Assembly: GCA_964016885.1 (NCBI GenBank)
Contig: OZ024741.1
Coordinates: forward strand, 27,900,001-27,964,000
Origin: Eledone cirrhosa
Taxonomy: Eukaryota
DNA: 64,000 nucleotides
Reading direction: 5' to 3'
Part shown: piece by piece, positions 1-15,621 of the stretch
Position numbering within the stretch: the stretch's first letter is position 1
How the letters are laid out: the number at the start of each line of letters is the position of its first letter
Notes under the pieces: model-generated
Databases searched by the model: none
What the model saw: only the letters and a program-made list of their open reading frames with translations
Told to the model about the DNA's origin: nothing
Translations under genes and position numbers: made by a program

Positions 1-263
1 TAACAAAGTACCAGTAGCGCGCTGGGATCGATTTAATCGAACTTTTCCCTTCCCCAAAATTGTTGGCCTTGTGCCTAAATCAGAAATAATAATTATTTTT
101 TTATTATTATCGCAATGGTAAATTCTAGACGGAGCGAATATGCGATTCGATTTCGAGAAGGTGGTGAGATAATACGATATACAGAGAGAGAGAGAGAGAG
201 TAGATTGAGGGGACCGGAAAGAGAATGAATGAATGAACAATAAAAAATGGAGTGTGTGTGTGT

Positions 264-296
<33 letters not shown>

Positions 297-784
297 GTTT
301 AACCATCGTCTCAGTGTGTTTGGCGTTTAACGTTTGTTATAGCTCTGGTTCATCTAAACCATTGAGCACTTGCCTCACATCTCGGAGGTTGTTTTTCGTT
401 ATTTCGTGGGCCGAAATGCGAATCTCGATAATTTATGTTTGTATATCTATATATATATATATATATCCGTAGATGGTGCAGAGTAATCCTTCATTTTAAG
501 ATCACATGTAACTTCTGGTAATTTCTGAGACTGAAAATTTATAAACATACTCGTAATGTACGTCCTTGAAATATGCATATTTTGCAGGAATACATTTTCC
601 AAGCAGTAGATTACGATTATGTTTATAATTTTTTTAACTTTGTCATTTTCACTAAACGAAATAACCGGATGTTGTCTGTGGTTTTAAAATGAAGACTTAC
701 CCTGGAGCACTGATTCTCAACTGGGAGGCACTTGGTTCCCGGGTGTGAGAAATCCAAACTGGGAAAGAATAGCGTGTATATGTG

Positions 785-877
<93 letters not shown>

Positions 878-1081
878 AAATATATATATATACACGCTAT
901 TCTTTATATATATATATATACAAAATATATACATCAAATGACATACCAAACGGTAATCGGGTGATCTCGAATTAAACAGTTCACAACAACAAAATTGCTA
1001 CTTCAGGCATTAATACCGAGTGGGACCATGTTTTTTGTAAAAAAACGATATTTATTTCATATATGTGTATATATAGGTGTG

Positions 1082-1119
<38 letters not shown>

Positions 1120-2903
1120 AGAGGTTTGAAATACTTGTTAATATAGTGTTCATGTGAAAAATTACTATATGGGGAGAGAATTGGGAAATCTGGGATTGCA
1201 AAGGGAGAAATGTGGCCTAGGTTTCTGAGAACCACTTACTATATAGAACAAAAAAAAATAATATAAACAAACTATGAGTTTAGTCAAGTGAGACACCACT
1301 ACTACCACCAATACAACAACAACAGTCATAACTACGAATCCCCTAACAATCCAAAATTATCACCACCAAGCAGTACCACAACAAATCACTCACTCGAGCT
1401 AGCAGCCAAATCACCCTCAAATTACACCCTGCCATCTGAAAAAGGGAGAGGGCACGTTGCATAATCTCATGGTGGGTACTCTGAAACAAAAACAACAGGA
1501 GCTGTCTTTGATCATAGAGCTTGTTCGATGAGGGTTGACCTGGAGCCAACCACAACATCAACAAACACAAGTATACCTCAATAATCACCAACCATTACAA
1601 GACGAGGGAGCATCTACTTGGTCGCTAGACATGCTAGAAATAGCAGCCAAATATCTCTCAAATCACACGCTACTGTTTCAGAAAATAAAACGAAATTCAT
1701 TAATAGTGTAGTCCAGAACAGCCTTTAAAAAAGACGTGATAGTCATGGTTGGGATGTATTAGGGCTGATACGAAGCTAAATAACTAACAACAGCAGCAGC
1801 ATCCATAACAACAACTATAATGAAAACCCAATATACACTATACAGTTCGATCGTCTTTCCAATACAATAAACTATCATATGTATACAATATCACTGATAA
1901 ATTACACACACAATGATACAAACACACTGACTCACACACAAACATGACAAACACAATGACACAACAACGCTGACACACACTACACTAAGACACACTATAC
2001 ACACACACAGACACTAAGACGACACAAACACACTGACACACTACACAAACACGCTGACATTTATATACATAACATGTTGGCTTGGTTCGACAGTCGTTAA
2101 ATATTTCGCCTAATTTATAAATGATTAGATTACTTATATAAGTTGATTGGTGGGGAATAGGATTTGGCCCAAGATCATGTACGTACGTGAGAGACAGAGT
2201 TAATAGGCGTATATGCGAAGAATACAGTACTCAATATATATATATATAGTAGAGTGACATATTTGTGTTTGTGTCTGGGATTGTTTCAAATATCGTAGTA
2301 TTTAAAACATTCAAACATCAACTGAGTGAGCGCTTAATACTAGCGGGTAGAGATAAATATATACATATGTATATAGATACATACATACATATGGTGATTA
2401 TATATATATATACACACACACACAGACACACGTGTGTGTGTGTATGGTCTTCTTAAACACTGAACTATATATGTATATTTATATAGACACACAAACTATC
2501 AATACATTACATAAATATTCTGTTAGCGACATATAGGGTGGGAAGAGGTTGAGAATAGATCGATATGCGAATGGATATATTAACTATGTGTATGTATGTG
2601 TATATATATATATTTTCTATACCTTTCATTTATATATATATATATATATATGCATACAGAAACAGACAAAATATGTGAATAGTCGGATATTGCGAGTGAT
2701 CTGAGACAGATATATAGAGAAATATATATATAGACACATACATATATATGGTGTGTTTGTTTGTGTAGCTTGTTATGTATGTATGTATGTATGTATGTAT
2801 GTATATATGGGGTGTGCAGTGTTTATGTGCGGAAAGCTTGTATGTGCGTATCAAGAAAGAGCACCCCGCCCAGCAGACGAACGTATTCTTGTGTTGTACT
2901 CAC

Positions 2904-3225
2904 CGTATATCATAGAAAGTCCAGTTTCGTGCACGAACCGAAAACGTCTGTGTTTAAACAACCAAATAGTGAGAATTGTGAGCAAAAGTAAAGTGAGAAG
3001 CATGAGAATGGTAAGACTGTCCGTTTTGTGTCTGAAGGTAACATAGGCTTCTTCTTGGGCTTCTATAGATGGTGACTGGCGACTTGGTGCATTGGTCACC
3101 ATGGCTAAGCTGCTGGTCGGAACAACAGCCAGCAAAACCCAGCAGAAAACGATGACCTGCAACAATATTAAATGCCAAGAAGAACAACGCAGCGAAGTCA
3201 TGTTGGAGCAGAAGAGTGTCGCCAT
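2904..3225 (-). CDS. First coding exon of an endosomal/organellar Na+/H+ exchanger (SLC9A6/7/9, NHE6-9 subfamily); gene continues leftwards out of the window
   Basis: Signal-peptide-like N-terminus, then [43 protein letters not shown], the hallmark first TM region of NHE6/7/9. Homology stops at a phase-1 donor G|GTGAGT (intron starts at 2903), where vertebrate SLC9A6 exon 1 ends. The paralog cannot be assigned. Confidence 0.92.
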
Positions 3226-4199
3226 GTTGAATCTACTGAAACACCCTCCTTTTGAATGAGTGAAAGGGTGAGTGACAGTAAGTATAGAAGGAGGAGCTAA
3301 AGAGAGAAAATGTGAGAGTTACTATAAAAGGGGGAGTAATAAAGTGAGCGACAGGGACAGACATACAAAGTGAGACTTAGTAAGATAGAGAGGGCGGTGT
3401 AGACCCTACACTGCAGAGCGACAGAGGGAAAGAGAGACACTACGAAAGAGGAGTGGTATAAAGTGTAGCGAGAGAGATAAAGAGAGAAACTTAGTAAGAG
3501 ACAGAGAGGGTAGTGTAGACCCTACTGTGCAGAGAAAGAGAGCAAGAGGGAGAGAGATATACAGAAAGAGTTAATAAGTGAGAGCGGGTTGTGTAGACCC
3601 TACACTGCAAGGAAAGAGAAGGGGAGGGAAAGACACACACTAAAAAAAGAGGGAGTGGTGTAAAGTGTAGGGAAAGATATACACAGAAAGAGATAGTAAG
3701 AGAGAGAAAGGAAGATAGAGAGATTTGGTGCAAGGAAGAAAAACAAGAGTAACTGTGATAAAAACAGAGAAGAGTAAGAAAGATAGTTAGAAAAGGAACC
3801 ACAAGAAATGATAGGGGGGGGGGGGGGGTCAAAGGAGAGTCAATGGAAAATGTGTGATGATAGTTTCTAATTGAGACACAAGCCCAGCATTTTGAAGGGA
3901 TGAGAAAGTTGACCCCAATACTTGACTCGTTGATCTTATCAGGATTTGAACTCAGAACTTTAAAGAACGTGAACAAATGCTGGAAAAAAAAACATTTTCC
4001 TCTGGTGCTCTAACGATTTTGCCAATCCAACACTATTTAGAAAGAGAGGATAATGAAAAGTTAGTAAGAGGATGATGGCAGGGAGAAAGAGATGGAGAGA
4101 AAGTGAGAGTGTGTATGTGTGAGAGAGAGAGAGAATGTGCGTGTATGTATGTTAGAGTAAGTATTTGTTAGTGTGTGGGTGTATAAGTATGTATGTGTG

Positions 4200-4435
4200 T
4201 ATCTGAGGTTGATCTCCGGAATGTTGTGATCTTAAGCAAGGCACTTTATCATTTCATGTCTGGCAAAGGTGGGGGCACTCGTGTCACACACTCTCACGCT
4301 GAATCTTCCTGAGAACTACATTAAGGTTACACATGTCTGTAGAATGCTCAGACACTTGCACGTTAATTTCACAAGTAGGCTGCTCTGTTGTTCAAACAAT
4401 TGAAACACTCATCGTCGGAACTGATAGATGTCCAT
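4200..4435 (+). mobile_element. Degenerate SINE of a second family
   Basis: ttaagcaaggcacttt...gaatcttcctgagaactacattaagg...ttgcacgttaatttcac; recalled as resembling octopus SINEs, not verified by search. Confidence 0.5.
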
Positions 4436-4462
4436 AAACATGTGGTATATATGTGTATGTGC

Positions 4463-4517
<55 letters not shown>

Positions 4518-4579
4518 TGAAGTAATTCCGTCGGAAAAGTCCAGGAAAAAAGAGTGCTCTATGTAGGTAACAGAGCTTA

Positions 4580-4861
4580 ATAGTTATGTAATAAACAACA
4601 TAAGGCAATTATTTCATTTACCAGTGGTTTCTTAAAAGCAAAAAATTTTGCTTTCAATCATCAGAATGAAAAAATCCTGGAGTATTTATTGACGTTGCAA
4701 AAATGCAATCTATATCTATAGATATAGATTGCATTTTTGTTTTTAGAATTCAACGTCAATAAATACTCCAGGATTTTTTCATTCTGATGATTGAAAGCAA
4801 AATTTTTTTGCTTTTAAAAACCACTGGTAAATGAAATAATTGCCTTATGTTGTTTATTACA

Positions 4862-4868
<7 letters not shown>
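4580..4868. repeat. Long inverted repeat (~118-bp arms) enclosing a perfect 42-bp palindrome
   Basis: 4580-4697 is the near-perfect reverse complement of 4751-4868; 4698-4739 caaaaatgcaatctatatcta|tagatatagattgcatttttg is self-complementary. Confidence 0.9.
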
Positions 4869-4897
<29 letters not shown>

Positions 4898-4985
4898 GAG
4901 AGAGAGAGAGAGAGAGTCTGCGGTGTTGAGACAGAGACCACTAATCATGAGAGTACCCAATGCATGAGGAAATGCAGAGTGGGTA

Positions 4986-5082
4986 GAGAGATATGTAAAC
5001 TCCCGACCGCGGCACCAAGCGGTTTCGGTTTGTTACACAAGCTGAAACCTCTTGGCGCAGCGGTCGGCAGTTTACATCTCTC
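4986..5082. repeat. Short GC-rich imperfect hairpin, MITE-like
   Basis: gagatatgtaaactcccgaccgc...gcggtcggcagtttacatctctc are mutually complementary. Confidence 0.6.
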
Positions 5083-5133
5083 TCTCTATATATATATATA
5101 TTTATACAAAATATATATACAAATATATATATA

Positions 5134-5194
<61 letters not shown>

Positions 5195-5203
5195 TATTCT
5201 ATT

Positions 5204-5359
5204 CTAAGGCGGGTAAAATTCCCGAGATCCATGGTCGAGTTCTCTCCAGCGGTCTCTGTCCCTCATTATCGCTGCCATGTCCTGCGTCTCCAACAGACCA
5301 GTGTCTGTCCTTAGGGCATCAACATACGTTAACCTTGGTCTTCCTCTTCTAGTGTGTCC

Positions 5360-5360
<1 letters not shown>
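5204..5360 (-). mobile_element. RTE-clade LINE 3' fragment
   Basis: Translates as HGHTRRGRPRLTYVDALRTDTGL...MRDRDRWREL, the typical RTE ORF C-terminus (RGRP...DR..WR). Confidence 0.7.
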
Positions 5361-5393
<33 letters not shown>

Positions 5394-5498
5394 CGAAGGA
5401 AATGTGGTAAGGAACCAGGTGGACCATAACGCGCCAAAGTACTCAATACTTAGGGTAGTAGAGTGGGTAATAGGAACCAGTAAGACCACTTACTGGTT

Positions 5499-5586
<88 letters not shown>

Positions 5587-5856
5587 GTTCGAGTTTACTG
5601 CTGCGAGGGCGCTGCAGTATATTTAACTGTCTTCTGTCAATGAGTTAATACTTCCGGTTCGTCTGCTTCTAAAATATAAATGTACGTAAATAAGCCATGT
5701 TTACTTGTTCACACACATACATATATACATATATATATATATTTATTCAAGTATATATGTTTACATACACATTTCTCGCAGCTTCCGTTATATGCGGTAC
5801 ATCCTTTGGACAGATATAAATTTATAATATATTTCAACTCTTTAGTGTTCAATATA

Positions 5857-5889
<33 letters not shown>

Positions 5890-6387
5890 TTTTGACCAAA
5901 TTTTGTCTCATTTTTTAAATTGTTTTCCTTTTCTCTCTCTTTTTTTTCTCAATCATTCATTAATCCTTTCTCTCCATCAAACATTCTTTTACTGGCTGCA
6001 GACATGATACAGCGGTTATTCTGAGGAACCACCTTGATTTAGTCGATGATATCACTCCTAGTAATTACTTATTTATTTTTTGCAAATCCTATACTTCTTT
6101 TATCGATCTCTTCTTTGTCGAACCACTAAGTTACAGGACATAAACAAAGACACACACACACATATATGTAAATAAATATAAAGTAAATAAATAAAGGTTC
6201 TTAAAAGACTCCAGTTGCATTTTTAAATTTCTTTCCCTTATATATCATCATCATCATCAGCATACTCTAAAACAATAGCGTAAGGTCTTCGAAATGCTTT
6301 TAATTAAGCATACAGTGTATTGCAAAATACACTATATATATACATTCATATATATATCGCTATTTCAGAGAACCAATTCTAATTTTA

Positions 6388-7079
6388 TATATATATAAGT
6401 ATGTATACGTACATACATATATGTATACAGACGTACAGTAGTGTATATATATATATATACATACATGCACACATATATATATATGTACGTATGGATTTAC
6501 CGAACATTTATTATAATGCTCGGTGTGTTTGTAAACAAACATCCCGAATTAAGCCGTACAGTGTTTAGCAACCATCGTTGCTCTTTTGTTCAACACTGAC
6601 AAAGGAACGATGTACTAGTTTCAAGCTTATTAGCTATCGTCAGCACCGTATACCTTCCTGCCAGATGATTGAACGTCTGAAAGTATATACTTTCCTTATG
6701 CATATAAACGGCTGAGCAGCCTAATTTGCATATCGAGTGAGTTAATCGGCCGGGCGCACCGAAAATGATAAACGGAAAAAATCAAACGGAATTTCATTTC
6801 TCACTCTTAGTACGGCTGTTACTTAAATATAAGTATGTATACGTACATACATATATGTATACAGACGTACAATAGTATGTATATATATATATATACATAC
6901 ATGCACACATATATATATGTACGTATGGATTTACCAAACATTTATTATAATGCTCGATGTGTTTGTAAACAAACATCCCGAATTAAGCCGTACAGTGTCT
7001 AGCAACCATCGTTGTTCTTTTGTTCAACACTGATGTACTAGTTTCAAGCTTATTAGCTATCATCAGCACCGTATACCTT

Positions 7080-7082
<3 letters not shown>
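6388..7082. repeat. Local direct duplication of ~260 bp (6388-6660 and 6826-7082)
   Basis: Near-identical blocks tataagtatgtatacgtacatac...cagcaccgtataccttcct; seen in the ORF track as the two similar MFVYKH ORFs. Confidence 0.85.
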
Positions 7083-7146
<64 letters not shown>

Positions 7147-7188
7147 TGAAATAAAGTGTCTTGCTCAAGGAAACAACACATCACCCGG

Positions 7189-7224
<36 letters not shown>

Positions 7225-7225
<1 letters not shown>

Positions 7226-7894
7226 ATCATTATCATCATCATCATCATCGTTTGCATGGGTTTGGACGGGAATTTTCCCACTTGAGGCAAGATTGGTTGT
7301 TTTGCTCGTAAAGGACTGCCTGGCGGGTTTTCTATGGCTGGATGCCCTTCCTAACACCAACCACGTTTACAGTGTGGACTGGGAGGTTTTTACCATGTTA
7401 ACTACACGGCCACATTACAGCGTGGACTGTGTGTTTTTATTGTCGTGACACCTACACAACCTCATTTATTTCGGACTGGATGTTGTGGTACCAACATAAC
7501 TTTACATCGAAAGGGGTGGTGTGGATGGGGTGGGGCTAGTGGGACGGGGGTGTATTTTTGTTAAGAGGTGCCTACTGACTGTAAGTTTCGCTTTGTACTT
7601 AGGCAAGGCGGGCCTTCTGTATTACTGTGTAGCGCCAAAGATCTCGGTCCAGTGACATTGTCTTGGAGAGATGTAAGTGTGTGAGATCGGAATTTATCAA
7701 GTCGTCCCAGGTTTTTCTGGGTCTGCCTACTCCGTGGCTACCGTCTATTTTTATCGCCCTGCACTTTTTTATACAGCTGTCGTCTTTCATGCGCATCACG
7801 TGACCATACCAACGTAGTCTTCTCTCGAGTAAACAACATCTGATCCCTCTTATTCCTAATTTCTCCCTTAGGTCATTTATGCTTTGCCGTTCAC
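7225..7894 (-). mobile_element. RTE LINE copy A, 5'-truncated (ORF end, 3'UTR, (GAT)n tail)
   Basis: Reverse complement of the 3' part of the element at 12148-13880; (CAT)n tail abuts (TA)n. Confidence 0.9.
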
Positions 7895-8168
7895 ATATAA
7901 TATATATATATATATTTATATAATATATAAGATCAAAAGATGGTTAAAAGAGTTCCATGTTCTTTTGATCTTATATATTATTTATATTCCAGTCCTACAA
8001 ACTGTAGAGTGCTACTTATCCGATATCTGCATTGCTTTATTGTACTACAATAAAACTCACCTCCTACATTATATATATATATATATATATATTACCCACT
8101 CTACTACCCTAAGTATTGAGTACTTTGTGCGTTATGGTCCACCTGGTTCCTTACCACATTTCCTTCGT

Positions 8169-10072
<1,904 letters not shown>

Positions 10073-10140
10073 CGTGTGTAAGAGAATAAATATTGTTTTT
10101 GAATGAAAGAAGTTAATTTTTCCATTGATACTCTTATTTA

Positions 10141-11168
10141 TCATCATCATCATCATCGTTTAACGTCCATATTCCACGCTTGCATGGGTTTGGACGGGAG
10201 TTTTCCCACTTGAGGCAAGAGTGGTTGTCTTGCTCGCATAGGACTGTCTGGCGGGTTTTCTACGGCTGCGGCTGGATGCCCTTCCTAACACCAACCACAT
10301 TTACAGCGTGGAACTGGGAAGTTTTTACCGTGTTACCTACACGGCCACATTACAGCGTGGACTGTGTGTTTTTTTGTCGTGACACCTACACGACCTCATT
10401 TGTTTCGGGCTGGATGTTGTGGTACCAACATAACTTTACATTGAAATGGGTGGTGTGGATGGGGAGGGGGTAGTGGGATGGGGGTGTATTTTGTTAGAGG
10501 TGCCTACTGACTGTAGTAGGTTTCACTTTGTACTTAGGTAAGGCGGGTCTTCTCTATTACTGTGTAGCGCCAAAGATCTCGGTCCAGTTACATTGTCTTG
10601 GAGAGGTGTAAGTGTGTGAGGTCGGAATTTATTAAGTCGTCCCAGGTTTTTCTGGGTCTGCCTACTCCGTGGCTACTGTCTATTTTTATTGCCCTGCACT
10701 TTTTTATACACCTGTCGTCTTTCATGCGCATCACGTGACCATACTAACGTAGTCTTCTCTCGAGTAAACAACATCAGATCCCTCTTATTTCTAATTTTTC
10801 CCTTAGTTCATTTATGCTTTGCCGTTCACGTATATTACTATTACACATCCAGCGGAGCATGCAAGCTTCGTTCCTCTCCAGTCTGCGTATATCCTCTGCA
10901 CACAATGCCCAGGTCTCACTGCCATGCAACATTGCTGTTCGTATGCAGGCATCATACAGCCTGCTTTCCATTTTTAGGGAGAACCCTTTAGCGGCTAATA
11001 GTGGTATAAGCTCTCTGAACTTTTTCCATCCAGTTCTGACTCTAGCTACTGTACTTTCAGAGCACCCTCCCCCACTGCTGATTTTGTCACCCAGGTAACG
11101 GAAGCTGTCCACTATTTCTATAGAATCATCTTTGCAATTGAAAGAGCTAGTATTTTGTGGGCACTTGC
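10141..11168 (-). mobile_element. RTE LINE copy C, 5'-truncated
   Basis: ORF 10774-11199 SIEIVDSFRYLGDKISSGGG...; (CAT)n tail at 10141. Confidence 0.93.
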
Positions 11169-11544
11169 ATCTGATGTGTTGTTTCCTTGAGCAAGACACT
11201 TTATTTCACATTGCTCCAGTTTACTCAGCTGTAGAAATGAGATGATAGGACTAGGGTCCTTATCATTCCACTGCAAAGTGATCGTGGAGGTACCACGGCA
11301 AAAAGCACCCACCACTCACTGTAAATGAGGTTGGTGTTAGGAAGGGCATCCAGCTGTAGAAATCAAGTCAGAATCAGTTCCCGTCCCATCCTTTCAAGCA
11401 GGGAAAAGTGGACATAAAATGATGATGATGATGATATCATTTAATAAAACGCATGAATCATTTGACAATCACTCTGTGCTAGATTTAATTCAGAAATGGT
11501 AATTTAATATTTTCATCATTACCTCACTTTCTCACACACGGTGT

Positions 11545-11800
11545 TGACAAGTTGGTCAGCAGTAAGGTTGAGGAGGGTAAACTCTTCAAATATTGGTCAC
11601 TCTTCGACAAGCTTGCGGTCAAGCTCATAGCAGTAGAAACTTCTGGTGTCCTTGGCCCTAGGACCACCTCCCTACTCACCACCATTGGCACAGAGTTGAC
11701 TATGTGCAGATGTGAGCCTCGTGAGCTGGAATGGCTCTTCCAGCACATCTCCCCCACTATCCTCTGAGGAAACACATTCTCTATTCTGTCCACCTTGGCC
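11545..11800 (+). mobile_element. CRE-clade (RLE-type) non-LTR retrotransposon 3' fragment
   Basis: KY..L......IAVETSGVLGP...LL..IG......EPRE..WLFQHIS: the C-terminal RLE-region motif of CRE-like elements. Confidence 0.7.
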
Positions 11801-12147
11801 ACGGGGCGGCCAGCACGTGGGCCCCCATTTGCTTATAATAGTGAGAGATAGGGAGAGCGGAAGAGATGGAGACAGTGACAGTGGGAGTTTGGTTCTATTG
11901 TGTTTGGACCTGGTCTATATGTATTTATTTACCAACTCCATTAACTATACATTCTACACACAACATTGTATTACTGTCTAGAGCCACCTACCTATGTATC
12001 AATCTACGAAAAATATTAACAATATCTATCTAATTGTCAGTTTGTCTCTCTCTCTCCCAGACTGCCCATCTTTCTATCAATCTATCTAACTGTCTACCTA
12101 CCTTCTTATATATCTATCTTTCTGTGGTGGGGTATATATTAATATAT

Positions 12148-13880
12148 ATAAACCTAGATGAAATGCAGTTCGGGTTTGTGTCAGGCAAAAGTACCACAGA
12201 CGCTCTTTTCATTGTACGACAACTACAGGAGAAGTACCTAGCTAAAAGTAAACCCCTATACTTAGCTTTTGTCGACTTGGAGAAAGCCTTCGACAGAGTC
12301 CCCTGTTCCATTATCTGGTGGGCCCTTATAAAACTAGGTGTCGACGAATGGCTTGTGAGGGCTATACAAGCCATGTATAAAGAAACAGTCAGCAAGGTTA
12401 GAATTAACAACGAATATAGTGAAGAGTTTAGCGTAAAAGTTGGCGTCCATCAGGGCTCTGTTCTCAGCCCCCTACTATTTATTATTGCCCTTCAGGCTAT
12501 AACAGAGGAGTTCAAGACCGGCTGCCCATGGGAACTCCTATACGCAGACGACCTAACACTCATAGCTGAATCAATGGCCGAGCTAGAGAAGAAATTCCAA
12601 ACATGGAAGCACGGCCTAGAATCAAAAGGCCTTAAAATTAATCTGGCTAAGACCAAAGTTCTAGTTTGTAGGAAAGAAAATAAGGTGGCGGTCTCTTCCG
12701 GGAAGTGGCCATGCTCAGTGTGTAGGAAAGGCGTAGGTAGAAACTCCATTTTGTGTCAGAAATGCAAAGTATGGGTGCATAAAAGATGTAGTGGGATCAC
12801 AGGTAAGCTAACTAAGAACATAGATTTCACATGTGGCCGGTGCTCTGGTGCAATAAGTAGCAGCAAGTGCTCACAAAATACTAGCTCTTTCAACTGCGCA
12901 GAGGGCTCTATAGAAATAGTGGACAGCTTCCGTTACCTGGGTGACAAAATCAGCAGTGGGGGAGGGTGCTCTGAAAGTACAGTAGCTAGAGTCAGAACTG
13001 GATGGAAAAAGTTAAGAGAGCTTATACCACTATTAGCCGCTAAAGGGTTCTCCCTAAAAATGAAAGGCAGGTTGTATGATGCCTGCATACGAACAGCAAT
13101 GTTGCATGGCAGTGAGACCTGGGCATTGTGTGCAGAGGATATACGCAGACTAGAGAGGAATGAAGCTTGCATGCTCCGCTGGATGTGTAATAGTAATATA
13201 CGTGAACGGCAAAGCATAAACGAACTAAGGAAAAAATTAAAAATAAGAGGGATCAGATGTTGTTTACTCGAGAGAAGGCTACGTTGGTATGGACACGTGA
13301 TGCGCATGAAAGTCGATAGCTGTATAACAAAGTGCAGGGCAATACAGATAGACGGTAGCCACGGAATAGGCAGACCTAGAAAAACCTGGGACGAGCTGAT
13401 AAACTCCGACCTCACACACTTACACCTCTCCAAGACAATGTCACTGGACCGAGACCTTTGGCGGTACTCAGTAATAGAGAAGACCCGCCTTACCTAAATA
13501 CATAGTAAAACCTACTACAGTCAGTAGGCATCTCTAACAAAATACACCCCCGTCCCACCACCCCCACCCCGTCCTTCTATGTAAAGTTATGTTGGTGCCA
13601 CACCATCCAGGCCGAAACAAATGAGATCGTGTAGGTGTCACGACAAAAAAACACACAGTCCACGCTGTAATGTAGCCGTGTAGGCAACACGGTAAAAACC
13701 TCCCAGACCCACACTGTAAATGTGGTTGGTGTTAGGAAGGGCATCCAACTGTAAAAAACCTGCCAGACAGTCCTATGCGAGCAAGACAATCACTCTTGCC
13801 TCAAGTGGGAAAACCCCCGTCCAAACCCATGCAAGCGTGGAACACGGACGTTAAACGTTGATGATGATGATGATGATGAT
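12148..13880 (+). mobile_element. RTE LINE copy D, 5'-truncated but with an uninterrupted RT ORF (12148-13497), 3'UTR and (GAT)n tail
   Basis: QFGF..GKSTTDA, FVDLEKAFDRV, GVHQGSVLSP, YADD, FRYLG, LRWYGHV, GRPRKTW, DRDLWR; no endonuclease domain present. Confidence 0.97.
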
Positions 13881-14184
13881 AACACCAAAATTTCATCTTT
13901 TTAATTCCATGGCACAGCAAGACTTTGTGAAAAGAGGATGGTAAGAGTGTATGAACATGTTTATGGGGGCAGAGGTAGAGAGAGGGGGAGAAATTACTTT
14001 CATAAAAAATATTGTTTATCCTCAAATTATAAATGAGTAAAATGTTCCATTTTGTTAGTGTCAGTCATTTATTCAATTTATTTTGTTGTGTGTTGCATAT
14101 ATGAAATTAAATACTGTATATATTATTTGTGCTTATAGAAACTCCCTTGTTAGCTTATAGATACTTTAATGACCAAAAGAATAT

Positions 14185-14555
14185 GATTGTAAATACAAGC
14201 GGCCGAAATGGGATGCTTCCAAAGGGTCTTTGGAGATGCGTTGCTTGATAGAGTGCATAGCTCGGATATCAGAAAGTCACTCCAGGGAGAGCCACTACTT
14301 CTCCGAATTGAGAGTTCACAGCTCCAATACTATGGACATGTGGTTAGAAACTCTCAGGAAAGAATCGCTGGACAGATCTTACAGGCAAAACCAACAGGCA
14401 CAGGAGACCCAGGGGTAGACCCCTAGCAAGATGGTTGAATAATATCCATGAGCTTGACTGGTCTCCCTTGGGGATCCAGCCAGATTAGTTGGAGACAGTT
14501 ACCTCTGACAGGACCTGCTGGAAGGTGTATTTGACGACTCTGCCGCCACGACCTA
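14185..14555 (+). mobile_element. Degenerate fragment of a second RTE family (related copy at ~22210-22695)
   Basis: RVHSSDIRKSLQGEPLLLRIESSQLQYYGHVVR; shares the 3' end tctgacaggacc.gctggaagg with 22610-22695, 39430-39510 and 58850-58933. Confidence 0.75.
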
Positions 14556-15163
14556 TATGCTATATTAACCTTTAATATTTGGTGGTTGTTTGAAATTAAA
14601 CTGTCAGCTAGTTTTAATTATTTACATGCTTTTACCCACACTGGTAAAGAAGAAGAACAAGAAGAACAACAACAGCAATAACCTTTTAAAATGGGTAGTT
14701 TTGTTTTATAGGACCTGAGCTGGTTTTGGTCAAGTTGGTATTAAAAGTGTTAAATTATTTGAAGTTTATGATTTACTAAAGAAACAAATCAATAAAATGA
14801 ACAAAAAAGAATAAAGAAAAGTGTCTGACAGACAGTAGACTTATTTATCAAATTAATGATGTTGAAGATTGACAAATATGTAGGTTAAGTTTGCTGGATA
14901 CACCATTTCAAGTGTGCTGACAGGATTCCATCATGGAATATATATTTATACAACTGTCAAGGATTTAGAGCTAAACTCAACTAAAGTATCTTTAAGCTAA
15001 CAAGGGAGTTTCTATGACCTGCTAAATTCAGAAGCTCAATTTCTCTGAAACTATAACTGTCACTCACAATCAAGTATGAATTGACAGTGCATAAAATGCA
15101 TTCACTAAAGATCTCAGGTAGTCATGCAGTCATTAGTAGACAGACACACACATTCTCTCTTCT

Positions 15164-15621
<458 letters not shown>

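Noticed and set aside
6700-6790. Octamer ATTTGCAT (6724-6731) as an snRNA enhancer
   Set aside because: No snRNA gene or PSE motif recognised nearby; a single 8-mer is expected by chance.
5385-8175. Inverted ~90-bp copies at 5385-5475 and 8090-8175 as TIRs of a 2.8-kb transposon
   Set aside because: Both sit in (TA)n tracts with no discernible TSD or transposase; more simply two dispersed repeat fragments.
12034-12147. N-terminal extension of the 487-aa ORF as a real protein start
   Set aside because: Low-complexity flanking sequence upstream of the LINE truncation point; the element lacks its endonuclease and promoter.
12933-13433. Antisense ORFs repeated in several LINE copies (MERCKCVRSEF..., MKELVFCGH...)
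   Set aside because: Shadows of the RT frame in near-identical copies; no independent evidence of function.
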